A DNA stretch of 64,000 nt from Thermovirgaceae bacterium (GTDB lineage Bacteria > Synergistota > Synergistia > Synergistales > Thermovirgaceae), in assembly GCA_040767805.1 (NCBI GenBank), contig JAXGNU010000006.1, positions 1 through 64,000 on the forward strand, in the 5' to 3' direction. Positions 46,327-55,481 of this stretch are shown piece by piece; position 1 is the stretch's first letter; the number at the start of each line of letters is the position of its first letter. Below the pieces are notes generated by a model, which saw nothing but the letters and a program-made list of their open reading frames with translations, was not told the origin of the DNA and searched no databases. The position numbers and the translations under genes were made by a program.

Positions 46327-47220
46327 GTGGAGGGAAAGACCCTCGCGATAAAGGTCGACGTGGACACCCTCAAGGGCTACCTGGAGGGCGTCCCGAGGCT
46401 CCTGGACATTCTCGGGAGGCGGGATCTCCGGGTTTCCTTCTTTTTCTCCTTCGGGCCCGATAACTCCGGCAGGGCCGTCCGCCGCGTTTTCCGCAAGGGT
46501 TTCATCGGCAAGATGCTCCGCACCGACGCGCCCGGCACCTACGGCCTGAAGACCATGCTCTACGGCACGCTGCTGCCGGCGCCGCTGATCGTACCGCGGG
46601 ACCCGGGGATCTTCCGCCGCGTCCTGTCGGAGGGGCACGAGGGGGGTATCCACGCCTGGGACCACGTGACGTGGCAGGACAAGCTCGACCGTATGTCCGA
46701 GGCCAGGATGAGGGAGCACTTCGGCAGGGCCTTCGCGATGTTCCGGGATCTTTCCGGGAGGGAGCCCCGCTGCTCCGCCGCCCCTGCCTGGAAGGCGACG
46801 GCTTCAAGCCTGGCCATGCAGGACGAGTACGACTTCGACTACTGCAGCGACACCCGGGGCGTTTCCCCCTTCATCCCCCGGGTGGGGGGACGGGTCTTCA
46901 TGACCCCCCAGGTCCCCACGACGCTGCCCACGATGGACGAACTCCTTGGGACGACCGGCATCGGCGAGGGCAACCTGAACTCCCACCTGCTCGGCCTCAT
47001 GGGGTCGGGGCTGAATGTCCACACGATCCACGCCGAAATGGAAGGGGGGTCGAGGTCGGGCCTTTTCGAGGAACTGCTCGACCGGTGCCTCGAACTCGGG
47101 GTCGATATCACCACCGTCGGGGAGGCCTTGGGGCGCCTCGAAAAGGGAGCGCTCCCGGTGACGGACGTGGCCCAAAAGACCATACCGGGAAGGGCGGGCA
47201 AGGTGGCCGTCCAGGCGTGA
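46327..47220 (+). CDS. arnD: ArnD-like deformylase (polysaccharide deacetylase fold)
   Basis: 'KVDVDT', 'GPDNSGR', 'LYGTLLP', 'HAWDH', 'PTTLPTMDE', 'TIHAEMEG'. Confidence 0.88.
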   Translation: MEGKTLAIKVDVDTLKGYLEGVPRLLDILGRRDLRVSFFFSFGPDNSGRAVRRVFRKGFIGKMLRTDAPGTYGLKTMLYGTLLPAPLIVPRDPGIFRRVLSEGHEGGIHAWDHVTWQDKLDRMSEARMREHFGRAFAMFRDLSGREPRCSAAPAWKATASSLAMQDEYDFDYCSDTRGVSPFIPRVGGRVFMTPQVPTTLPTMDELLGTTGIGEGNLNSHLLGLMGSGLNVHTIHAEMEGGSRSGLFEELLDRCLELGVDITTVGEALGRLEKGALPVTDVAQKTIPGRAGKVAVQA

Positions 47221-47263
47221 CCGCGCCGAGGCCGGGGACGGCCCCTCCTGATCCCGACGCCGA

Positions 47264-48409
47264 TCAGATGCAGGCCGGTTCCGGGTAAAGGCAGCCCTCC
47301 TCGAACCGGCTGAAACGGAAGCAGCTGACGTCCAGGAAGGGTTCCTCGCCCAGGACTATCTCGGACATGATCCTCCCCGAGGAGGGCGCGAACTGGAGGC
47401 CGTGGCCGCTCCACCCGCCGACGAAGAAAAAGTTCTCCACCGGGGTTCCGCCCATGATGGCCTGCTCGTCGGGGGTCACGGCGTAGGGGCCCGTCCACTG
47501 GCGGACGACGCGGACGCCGGCCAGGCAGGGCATCTTGGGGAGCACCCTTTTCGAAATCTCCTCGGGGAACTGCCAGGAGGACTCGTAACTGGTATCTTTT
47601 TTCTCTTCGGGGTTGTCCCAGCCGAGCATGAAGGTGCCGTTGGGGCACTGCTTCCAGTAGCACCCGTCGTCGAGGCAGAGAGTCATGGGGTGCTTCATCC
47701 TCTCCACCGGCTCGGTGACGAGGATCTGGTGACGCTCCGGCGTCACGGGCACGTCCAGGCCGCACCACCCGCAGACTTCCCTGGACCAGGCGTTGACGGC
47801 GCAGACGACGGCCTCCGTCTCCCAGTCCCCCTTGTCGGTCCTGACGCCCCAGACCTTCCCGTCGCCGGTGAGAAGGCCCGTGACGGACGTCCCGGTCCTG
47901 ATATCCACCCCGAGGCCCTTGGCGGCGTCGGCGTAAGCGTAGTTCATGGCGTGGGGGTTGACGTGGCCGTCCTTCTCGTTGAAGCTGGCGCCGAGCATGC
48001 CCCTCACGTCCAGCCCTGGCGCCACTTCCTTTATCCCGTCGGGGTCGAGGATGACTGAACCGATGCCGAGGGAGTTCTGGAGCGCCACGTTTTTTTCCAG
48101 CTGTTCCAGCTGGGTCTCGCTGTAGGCTATCCAGAGGTAGCCGGCGGGGTCGTATTCCAGGTCGGCCTTGGAGCCCAGTTCCTCCTGGAGTTGGGGGATC
48201 TTCTCCATGTTGTACCGGGCCAGCCTGCAGTTGACCTCGGTGCCGAACTGGTACCGGAGGCCCGCGGCGCTGCGGCCGCTCGACCCGGAGGAGATATAAT
48301 CCCTCTCGAAGAGGACAACCTTCACCCCTCTTTTCGCCAGGTGCCAGGCTATGGAACAGCCGTGAACCCCGCCACCGATTATCGCCACGTCCGCCGTTGA
48401 ACGACCCAC
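47264..48409 (-). CDS. FAD-dependent DAO/sarcosine-oxidase-beta family oxidoreductase
   Basis: IIGGGVHG, 'SSGRSAAG', 'TPD', 'SGHGLQFAP'. Confidence 0.88.
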   Translation of the reverse strand: MGRSTADVAIIGGGVHGCSIAWHLAKRGVKVVLFERDYISSGSSGRSAAGLRYQFGTEVNCRLARYNMEKIPQLQEELGSKADLEYDPAGYLWIAYSETQLEQLEKNVALQNSLGIGSVILDPDGIKEVAPGLDVRGMLGASFNEKDGHVNPHAMNYAYADAAKGLGVDIRTGTSVTGLLTGDGKVWGVRTDKGDWETEAVVCAVNAWSREVCGWCGLDVPVTPERHQILVTEPVERMKHPMTLCLDDGCYWKQCPNGTFMLGWDNPEEKKDTSYESSWQFPEEISKRVLPKMPCLAGVRVVRQWTGPYAVTPDEQAIMGGTPVENFFFVGGWSGHGLQFAPSSGRIMSEIVLGEEPFLDVSCFRFSRFEEGCLYPEPACI

Positions 48410-48609
48410 TTTGCCCGACCCCTTTCAGGAAAGACTGAAGACCGGCCGTTGCCCCGCCACCGGTCCCCGGATATAATGCTCTGGACCTTTTAATAGATTC
48501 TATTTTCTACCCGTCCTCCAGTCAAATGCCGCCACCCGCCTTTGCTGGTACAATACCGCCTATAACCGGGACCGGCATTTCCCAGGACGACCGAAAGGAG
48601 ATGGATCAC

Positions 48610-49614
48610 ATGGAACTGACCCGTGCCACTGCAGTAGTCGACACCCATACCGGGGGCGAACCCACGAGGATAATCATCGGCGGAGGGCCCTACATCCCCG
48701 GCAAGACCATGAGCGAAAGATGGGCCTACATGAAGAACGAGATGGGGGATTTCCGCGACTTCGTCATGCATGAGCCCCGGGGTCACAGCGACATGTTCGG
48801 CGCCTTCCTGACCTCCCCCGAGAGGGATGACTCCCACTACGGCGTCATCTTCATGGATTCCGGCGATGGCGTCACCATGTGCGGGCATGGCTCCATCGGC
48901 ACGGCCCACGCCTTGGTAGAATTGGGCATGGTGCCGAGGACGGAGCCCTACACCGAGGTAGTCCTCGACTCCCCGGCGGGGCAGATCCGGCTCAAGGTGG
49001 AGGTCAAGGACGGGAAGGTGGGCGATATCACCCTGGCCAACGTCCCGGCCTTCGTCTTCAAGCGGGACGTGGAACTGGCCATCCCCTCCCTGGGCGGTAA
49101 GAAGATCCACATGGACGTCTCCTTCGGAGGCAACTTCTTCGCCATCGTCCACGCCGAGGAGATGGGCCTCACCTTGGAGAGAAACGAGGTGCCCCGGCTG
49201 CTTTCGCTGGGGCTGGAGATACTCCGCGAGGCCAACCGCGCCGTGAAGGTGCAGCACCCCACCGAGAAGCACCTGGACTTCATCGGCCTGACCGAGTTCG
49301 CCCTGGAACGGCCCGGCAGGCCCACGAAGAACTGCGTCGTCTTCGGGGAGAGCAACGTGGACCGATCCCCCTGCGGGACGGGGACCTGCGCCAAGATGGC
49401 GCTGCTGGCCGCGAAGGGCCTCCTGAAACCGGGCGAGGTCTTCGATCACGAGAGCGTCGCCGGGAGCGTCTTCCAGGGCCATTACGAGCCGGGCCCCAAG
49501 GTCGGCGATTTCGATACGATCCTCCCCTTCATCAGGGGACGGGCGAGCATCACCGGTTTCAACTTCCTGCTGCAGCAGAAGAACGACGAGATGGGCTCGG
49601 GTTTCCTGCTGTAA
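48610..49614 (+). CDS. prdF: Proline racemase
   Basis: 'DTHTGGEPTR', 'DMFGA', 'MCGHG', 'DRSPCGTGT' (both catalytic Cys present). Confidence 0.88.
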   Translation: MELTRATAVVDTHTGGEPTRIIIGGGPYIPGKTMSERWAYMKNEMGDFRDFVMHEPRGHSDMFGAFLTSPERDDSHYGVIFMDSGDGVTMCGHGSIGTAHALVELGMVPRTEPYTEVVLDSPAGQIRLKVEVKDGKVGDITLANVPAFVFKRDVELAIPSLGGKKIHMDVSFGGNFFAIVHAEEMGLTLERNEVPRLLSLGLEILREANRAVKVQHPTEKHLDFIGLTEFALERPGRPTKNCVVFGESNVDRSPCGTGTCAKMALLAAKGLLKPGEVFDHESVAGSVFQGHYEPGPKVGDFDTILPFIRGRASITGFNFLLQQKNDEMGSGFLL

Positions 49615-49675
49615 GGGGCGCGCCGCTCGGGTCGTCCCGGGGGGGTAATAAATTAAGGAAAGGCCGGGAGAGGAA

Positions 49676-50281
49676 ATGCTGGAGGAGATAAACTTCATCG
49701 CCCTGATCCCCTACGTGTTCGTCACCACCTTCACGCCGGGGCCGAACAACATCAGCTGCGCCGCCGCCGCGGCCCGGTGGGGCATGAGGCGGACCTGGGG
49801 TTACCTCCTGGGCATAAGCCTGGGTTTTTTCGTCGTCCTCCTGCTCTCGGGGGCTTTCTCGGGAGCGCTCATAAGCGCTCTCCCCGCGCTCGAGGGGTAC
49901 CTGAGGTGGGTCGGCGCCGCCTACATCCTCTGGCTGGCCTACGGCATCACCCGGAGCGAGGGCCAAGGGGGCATGGGGGGCGAGGAGCCCCTGAGGGGCT
50001 TCACCAAGGGGTTCGTGCTCCAATTCGCCAACCCCAAGGCCATCCTCTTCTCCGTCACCCTCTACACCGCCTTCCTGGGGCCCATCCTCGCCCGGCCGGC
50101 CCCGGTTTTCCTGTCGGCCGCCCTGGTCGCCGCCATAGGGTTCACCTCCATCATGGCCTGGGCCGTCTTCGGCCTCAGCATCCACCGTTTCCTGCAGAAC
50201 CCCCTCCACCACAGGATCGTCAACCTGGGTTTTTCCCTCTTGCTGGTGTGGACCGCCGCGGGGGTGGCCGGAATACTGTAA
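49676..50281 (+). CDS. LysE/RhtB-family exporter
   Basis: 'TPGPNN', 'GAAYILWLA', 'NPKA'. Confidence 0.88.
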   Translation: MLEEINFIALIPYVFVTTFTPGPNNISCAAAAARWGMRRTWGYLLGISLGFFVVLLLSGAFSGALISALPALEGYLRWVGAAYILWLAYGITRSEGQGGMGGEEPLRGFTKGFVLQFANPKAILFSVTLYTAFLGPILARPAPVFLSAALVAAIGFTSIMAWAVFGLSIHRFLQNPLHHRIVNLGFSLLLVWTAAGVAGIL

Positions 50282-50315
50282 CCGTTTATACTTCTGCTTG
50301 AGGAGGTGGAAGCCA

Positions 50316-52727
50316 ATGAAGGATTTTGAAAAGATGGGCTCTTTTTACCTGGGGAGAGAGGTGGACGACACCACCGGCTCGGCGACGGGTGAACTGCTCC
50401 TTTACGATGCCAAGGACCTCACCACCCACGGCATGATCATCGGGATGACCGGCAGCGGCAAGACGGGGCTCGCCATCTCGCTCATCGAGGAGGCCCTAAT
50501 CGACGAGATACCGGTGATAGCCATCGACCCCAAGGGCGACCTGCCAAACTTGCTTTTGACCTTCCCCGAACTGTCGCCGGGGGACTTCCTCCCCTGGGTG
50601 AGCCCCCAGGAGGCTTCCAGGGAGGGGCTCACGCCGGAGGAGTTCGCCCGGAAGACCGCGGAGACATGGAAAAAAGGCCTAGCGGAATGGGGCATCGACG
50701 GCGCCAGGATACACAAGATGAGGGAGTCCGTCGACCTGGCCGTCTACACCCCGGGTAGTACCGCCGGGAGGATGGTCAGCGTCCTCCGTTCCTTCGACGC
50801 CCCGCCGGAGGCCGTCAGGACCGACGGGGACCTCTTCCGGGAGAGGGTGCAGACCACCGCCTCGAGCCTCCTGGCGTTGATCGGGATCGAGGCCGATCCG
50901 CTGACGAGCCGGGAGCATATCCTCATCTCCAGGGTGCTGGAAGAAAAGTGGTCCCGGGGGGAATCCCTGGACATACCCTCCCTCATCGGGATGATACAGC
51001 TGCCGCCCTTCAGTTCCCTCGGCGTGCTGGACCTGGAGACCTTCTACCCCACCGGCGCGAGGATGGAACTGGCCCTGAAGCTGAACCACCTGGCGGCCGC
51101 GCCCTCCTTCGCCCCCTGGATGGAGGGGGAACCCCTCGACGCGGGACGGTTCCTCTACGCCCCCGACGGCAGGCCAAGGGCATCGATATTCACCATAAGC
51201 CATCTTTCCGAGCGGGAGAGGATGTTCTTCGTCTCCATGCTGCTGAACGAGGTGCTCGGGTGGGTGAGGACCCAGCCCGGTACATCGAGCCTGAGGGCCA
51301 TCCTCTACATGGACGAGATCTTCGGCTTCTTCCCTCCCGTGAAGAACCCGCCCTCCAAGACGGTCCTCCTCTCCCTGCTCAAGCAGGCCAGGGCCTACGG
51401 GCTGGGCGTACTCCTGGCGACCCAGAACCCCGTGGACCTGGACTACAAGGGAATAGCCAACACGGGGACCTGGTTCATCGGGAGGCTCCAGACGGAGCGC
51501 GACAAGGCGCGGATCCTCGAAGGGCTCAAGGGGGCGTCCGAAAAGGGCTTCCCCCTCCAGGAGGTCGACAGGATGATATCGGGCCTCGGCAAGCGGGTCT
51601 TCCTGCTGCACAACGTCCACGAGGACAGGCCCGTCCTCTTCCAGACCCGGTGGGCCATGTCCTACCTGGCGGGGCCCGTGACGAGGGAGCAGATAAAGAC
51701 CCTCGTGGGTGATGAGATCGCCCCGGCGGTGTCGGCGACGGCCCGGCCGGTGACATCACCCGCCGCCGGGACCTTGGCCCAGGCTTCCATCGAATCGAGG
51801 GTTATGGTCTCGGGGGTCAACTCCGTCTACCTGCCTGCACCGGCAGGGGTCGAGGCCGAATACGCCCCCTTCCTGGGCGCCTTCGCCAGCGTCCATTTTG
51901 ACGACAGGAAGCGATCGATCTCCGAGACGAGGAATTACGCCTTCGCCGTGGAGTTCGACCCCGGCCCCCTGACGGTGGACTGGCGGAACGCCTTCGAACT
52001 GAAGGCCGACCCCACCCGGCTGGCCCAGGGGGTCCCCTCGCCGGTCATGGCCGAGGCCCCGCCGGCGGGCCTCGACCCGAAAGCCTACACCCGGTGGGGT
52101 AGGGAATTCCTGAAGTGGCTGCCCCAGGAGGCCAGGCTGGCCGTCATGACCTGCCCCTCGCTGAAGGAGACCGCCAGGCCCGGCGAATCCAGGGCCGACT
52201 TTGCGGCCCGGGTGGCCCTGACCAGACGGGAGATCCGCGACGCCGAGGTCGAGAAGATCCGCCGGAAGTACGCTTCCAAGCTGACCACGCTCCAGAATCG
52301 GCTCATGAGGGCCGAGCAGGCCATCGAGAGGGAGACCGAGCAGGCCCGGCACAAGAAACTGGATACGGCCGTCTCCTTCGGGACGGCCCTGGCGGGTGCC
52401 TTCTTCGGCAGGAAGGTCAACACCTATTCAGCTTCGAGGATGGGGACCGCCATCTCCAAGGCGGCGCGGCTCCAAAAGGAGAGCGGCGACGTTGCCCGGG
52501 CGCGGGAGACCGCCGCGGCCGTCAGGCAGGAGATGGCCGAACTGGAGGCCGCGATGGAAGGGGAGGTCAACGCCCTGATCCCCGTGGATTCGCCCGAGAT
52601 GATGATCCAGGAGGAGTTCATAACCCCCAAAGCCTCAGGGGTCAGCCTCACCCTCCTGGGCCTTTTGTGGCTACCCTACTCCAGGAACCCCCAGGGAGGG
52701 CTCACCCCCCTTTGGGGAGAGTTGTGA
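50316..52727 (+). CDS. HerA/FtsK-like (DUF87/DUF853-type) ATPase with C-terminal coiled coil
   Basis: GMTGSGKT, 'IDPKGD', 'LYMDE', 'ARAYG', 'LATQNP'. Confidence 0.82.
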   Translation: MKDFEKMGSFYLGREVDDTTGSATGELLLYDAKDLTTHGMIIGMTGSGKTGLAISLIEEALIDEIPVIAIDPKGDLPNLLLTFPELSPGDFLPWVSPQEASREGLTPEEFARKTAETWKKGLAEWGIDGARIHKMRESVDLAVYTPGSTAGRMVSVLRSFDAPPEAVRTDGDLFRERVQTTASSLLALIGIEADPLTSREHILISRVLEEKWSRGESLDIPSLIGMIQLPPFSSLGVLDLETFYPTGARMELALKLNHLAAAPSFAPWMEGEPLDAGRFLYAPDGRPRASIFTISHLSERERMFFVSMLLNEVLGWVRTQPGTSSLRAILYMDEIFGFFPPVKNPPSKTVLLSLLKQARAYGLGVLLATQNPVDLDYKGIANTGTWFIGRLQTERDKARILEGLKGASEKGFPLQEVDRMISGLGKRVFLLHNVHEDRPVLFQTRWAMSYLAGPVTREQIKTLVGDEIAPAVSATARPVTSPAAGTLAQASIESRVMVSGVNSVYLPAPAGVEAEYAPFLGAFASVHFDDRKRSISETRNYAFAVEFDPGPLTVDWRNAFELKADPTRLAQGVPSPVMAEAPPAGLDPKAYTRWGREFLKWLPQEARLAVMTCPSLKETARPGESRADFAARVALTRREIRDAEVEKIRRKYASKLTTLQNRLMRAEQAIERETEQARHKKLDTAVSFGTALAGAFFGRKVNTYSASRMGTAISKAARLQKESGDVARARETAAAVRQEMAELEAAMEGEVNALIPVDSPEMMIQEEFITPKASGVSLTLLGLLWLPYSRNPQGGLTPLWGEL

Positions 52728-52749
52728 CAACGCGACCCAAGGAGGCGCG

Positions 52750-53358
52750 ATGAAAAAAAGGGTCGTCCTTTTCCTGGTCCTGACCGTCCTCATGGCGGGG
52801 ATGCTGTTGGCCTGGGGGAGGTTCGGACCCGTGCCCCACGGGCGGGTGGTTGTTCCCGAGGACCCCGGGGTGAAAACCCCGGAGGTCGAGGTGACGGCCG
52901 AACCGACGCCTGAGAGCGCCGCCTCGCCGGCCCGGAGCGGCGGGGTCGCCCCCGGTCCGGCTTTTCGCCCCGCCCAGGGGGAACCCTTCAGCCGGGAGGA
53001 CCTGGAGGCCGCCCGGACCCCCAGGGGCGATGTCATCACCGGGAGGCAAGGTGAGGCCGTCTTCGACCCCGCGAGCATCCACCCCGCCGTAGGGGACATG
53101 GCCAGGCAGGCCAAGGAGATCGTCGAGGAACTGGACAAAAGGACCCTCGAAACGACGGAGAAAGTCCTCGAGGCGCTGCCCTTCGTGAATATACGGCCGG
53201 AGAAGGCGGAACTGCGCCCCTCCGGCGACGGCGTGAAGCTGACGATCACCGTGGACCCCGAGGACATCTCCTTCGGGACCAAGCGCCGGGACGAAGCGGC
53301 CCCCGCGGCTGAAGCCTCGTCGGGGGATGAAGAGGAAGGTCAAAAACCGGGGCGATGA
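52750..53358 (+). CDS. Hypothetical membrane-anchored/exported protein
   Basis: AAGGAGG RBS, N-terminal hydrophobic segment, genome-like codon usage. Confidence 0.7.
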   Translation: MKKRVVLFLVLTVLMAGMLLAWGRFGPVPHGRVVVPEDPGVKTPEVEVTAEPTPESAASPARSGGVAPGPAFRPAQGEPFSREDLEAARTPRGDVITGRQGEAVFDPASIHPAVGDMARQAKEIVEELDKRTLETTEKVLEALPFVNIRPEKAELRPSGDGVKLTITVDPEDISFGTKRRDEAAPAAEASSGDEEEGQKPGR

Positions 53359-53426
53359 TATACAATTGCCCCACACCCCGGGGAGGGAGAACCCGCCCCG
53401 GAAGAGACGATGGAGGTGTTGGACCG

Positions 53427-53807
53427 ATGAGGAAAACCGTTGCGACACCGGGAGCGCCCGCCGCCATAGGCCCCTACAGCCAGGCCGTTTGGGCGGGCGA
53501 CCTGCTTTTCGTTTCGGGCCAGATCTGCATGGACCCGAAGACGGGCGCCCTGGTGGGAGAGACCGCCGCTGAGCAGGCGGAACAGGTCCTCAGGAACCTG
53601 GGCGCGATCCTCGAGTCCCAGGGGCTCTCCTTCGCGGACGTGGTGAAGGCCACGGTTTACGCCAAGGATATGAACGATTTCCAGGCCGTCAACGAGGTCT
53701 ACGCCAGGTTCTTCGACGCCGACCCCCCCGCCAGGGTCTTCATCGAAGTGGCGCGGCTGCCGAAGGACGTCCTGGTCGAGGTGGACGCCATCGCCGTCAA
53801 GGGCTAG
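53427..53807 (+). CDS. ridA: RidA family enamine/imine deaminase
   Basis: 'AIGPYSQA', 'SGQI', 'NEVYA', 'PAR', 'LVEVDAIA'. Confidence 0.92.
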   Translation: MRKTVATPGAPAAIGPYSQAVWAGDLLFVSGQICMDPKTGALVGETAAEQAEQVLRNLGAILESQGLSFADVVKATVYAKDMNDFQAVNEVYARFFDADPPARVFIEVARLPKDVLVEVDAIAVKG

Positions 53808-53811
53808 AGCA

Positions 53812-53840
53812 TTGACAAAGGGGCGGAAAATACGTACTGT
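53812..53840 (+). promoter_or_regulatory. sigma70 promoter of cold-shock gene
   Basis: TTGACA-17 nt-TACTGT. Confidence 0.65.
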
Positions 53841-53895
53841 TTTACCAACCGGTTAAAACGCCGGCAGATTCTTTTGTATGGGAGGCATTATCCAA

Positions 53896-54096
53896 ATGCA
53901 GGGTACGGTCAAATGGTTCAACGAAGCCAAGGGGTACGGTTTCATCACCCCCGACGAAGGCAACGATGTCTTCGTCCACTTCAGCGCGATCCTGGGTGAG
54001 GGCTTCAAGACACTGGCGGAAGGACAGCGTGTCGAGTTCGAGGTGGTGCAGGGAGAAAAGGGCCCCCAGGCCGCAAACGTGGAGAAGATCTCCTGA
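53896..54096 (+). CDS. Cold-shock protein
   Basis: 'GTVKWFN', 'KGYGFI', 'VFVHFSAI', 'GPQAANV'. Confidence 0.96.
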   Translation: MQGTVKWFNEAKGYGFITPDEGNDVFVHFSAILGEGFKTLAEGQRVEFEVVQGEKGPQAANVEKIS

Positions 54097-54136
54097 CCTC
54101 ATTCCTCAAGACATAGCGGGCGAACCATGGCGAGCG

Positions 54137-54167
54137 GCGGCACCTCCCCCGGGGGGTGCCGCTTTTT
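54137..54167 (+). terminator. Intrinsic terminator
   Basis: GCGGCACC../..GGTGCCGC stem followed by TTTTT. Confidence 0.8.
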
Positions 54168-54270
54168 AAGGGGGAAGATGAGGAAAAACCCTCACAGGGC
54201 TTGCCCTGGGGCGCAAGGGATGGGATAATCCCCTTGAACAAAGCCTTTTTTCGAGAGGAGGATGACAGCA

Positions 54271-54546
54271 GTGAACAAATCGGAACTGGTCCAGGCCGTG
54301 GCGAAATCGGTGGGCCTCACCAACACCAAGGCGGCCCAGGTGGTATCGACAGTGATCGGCGAGATCGCCGGGACCCTGGCCAAGGGTGAGAAAGTCCAGA
54401 TCGCGGGCTTTGGCACCTTCGAGGTCAGGCAGAGAGCGGCGAGAGAGGCTCGCAACCCCCAGGACCCCACGAAGAAGGTCAAGGTCCCAGCGAGAAAGGT
54501 TCCCGCCTTCCGCGCCGGGAAGGCTCTCAAGGACAAGGTCCGTTAG
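54271..54546 (+). CDS. hup: HU DNA-binding protein
   Basis: 'NKSELV', 'GFGTF', 'RNPQ', 'PAFRAGKALK'. Confidence 0.96.
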   Translation: MNKSELVQAVAKSVGLTNTKAAQVVSTVIGEIAGTLAKGEKVQIAGFGTFEVRQRAAREARNPQDPTKKVKVPARKVPAFRAGKALKDKVR

Positions 54547-54565
54547 GTTTCCGTCTTATTCCCCT

Positions 54566-54592
54566 TCCGCCCCTCGACGGGGCGGATTTTTT
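54566..54592 (+). terminator. Intrinsic terminator
   Basis: TCCGCCCC/GGGGCGGA stem followed by T6. Confidence 0.85.
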
Positions 54593-54707
54593 ATTGCCCC
54601 GGGATTGACCCCCGGCCTGCCGGCCTTCGAATCCGACCCCCATGCCGCTGAAGAGGACTGTCACGGGGCACCGGCTCATTTTTCCGAAGGAGGAGAGGTC
54701 AAGGGAT

Positions 54708-55481
54708 ATGAAAAACCTCGTCAGGATGAAGCTCGAAGCGAAGGAGACGGTGATAGGGCCCTTCGTGGGGATAGACAGTCCCGACCTGGTGGAGATCATG
54801 GGCCTGGCGGGCTTTGACTTCTGCGTCATCGACACGGAGCACGGCCCCATGGACCCGGGGTCCATCCAGGGGCTGGTAAGGGCGGCGGAGCTCTCGGGGA
54901 TGACCCCCGTGGTCCGCGTCCCCCGCGCCGAGCCCGTGGACATCCTTAAGGTCCTCGACGTGGGTGCCCACTGCATCCACGTCCCCCAGGTGAACACCGT
55001 CGAGGCGGCCGAGGCAGTGGCGCGGGCTGCCCGCTACCACCCCGAAGGCATGCGGGGCGTAGCCGTGCCGAGGGGCCTATCCTACGGGCTGAAGCCGCTG
55101 GGGGAGTCCCTGGAGGAGGCCAACCGCGAGGTCATGGTGATCGCCCACTGCGAGAGCGCCGACGGCCTGGAGAGGTTGGACGGGATAGCCGCCGTGGAGG
55201 GGATAGACATGATCTTCGTGGGGCCCTACGACCTCTCCCAGTCCCTGGGGGTGCCGGGCGATATTTTTCATCCCTCCATGGTGAAAGCCGTCGCACGGGC
55301 TCTCGAAGCGATAAACCGCGCCGGGAAGACCGCGGGGATCTTCGTCACGACCCCCGAGGAAGCGGCGCGCCGCATCGGCGAAGGGTTCCGCTACATCGGC
55401 TACAGCGTGGACGGCCTCATCTTCGGCAAGGCCTGCACCGAGGTCGTCAACACCTTGAAAAACCACAGGCGGGGCACTTGA
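54708..55481 (+). CDS. HpcH/HpaI-family aldolase
   Basis: 'IDTEHG', 'VRVP', 'LDVGA', 'FVGPYDLS'. Confidence 0.9.
   Translation: MKNLVRMKLEAKETVIGPFVGIDSPDLVEIMGLAGFDFCVIDTEHGPMDPGSIQGLVRAAELSGMTPVVRVPRAEPVDILKVLDVGAHCIHVPQVNTVEAAEAVARAARYHPEGMRGVAVPRGLSYGLKPLGESLEEANREVMVIAHCESADGLERLDGIAAVEGIDMIFVGPYDLSQSLGVPGDIFHPSMVKAVARALEAINRAGKTAGIFVTTPEEAARRIGEGFRYIGYSVDGLIFGKACTEVVNTLKNHRRGT

Noticed and set aside
55447..55481. Convergent 3' overlaps (also 5209-5237 and 60536-60555)
   Set aside because: Short tail-to-tail overlaps are common in compact GC-rich genomes
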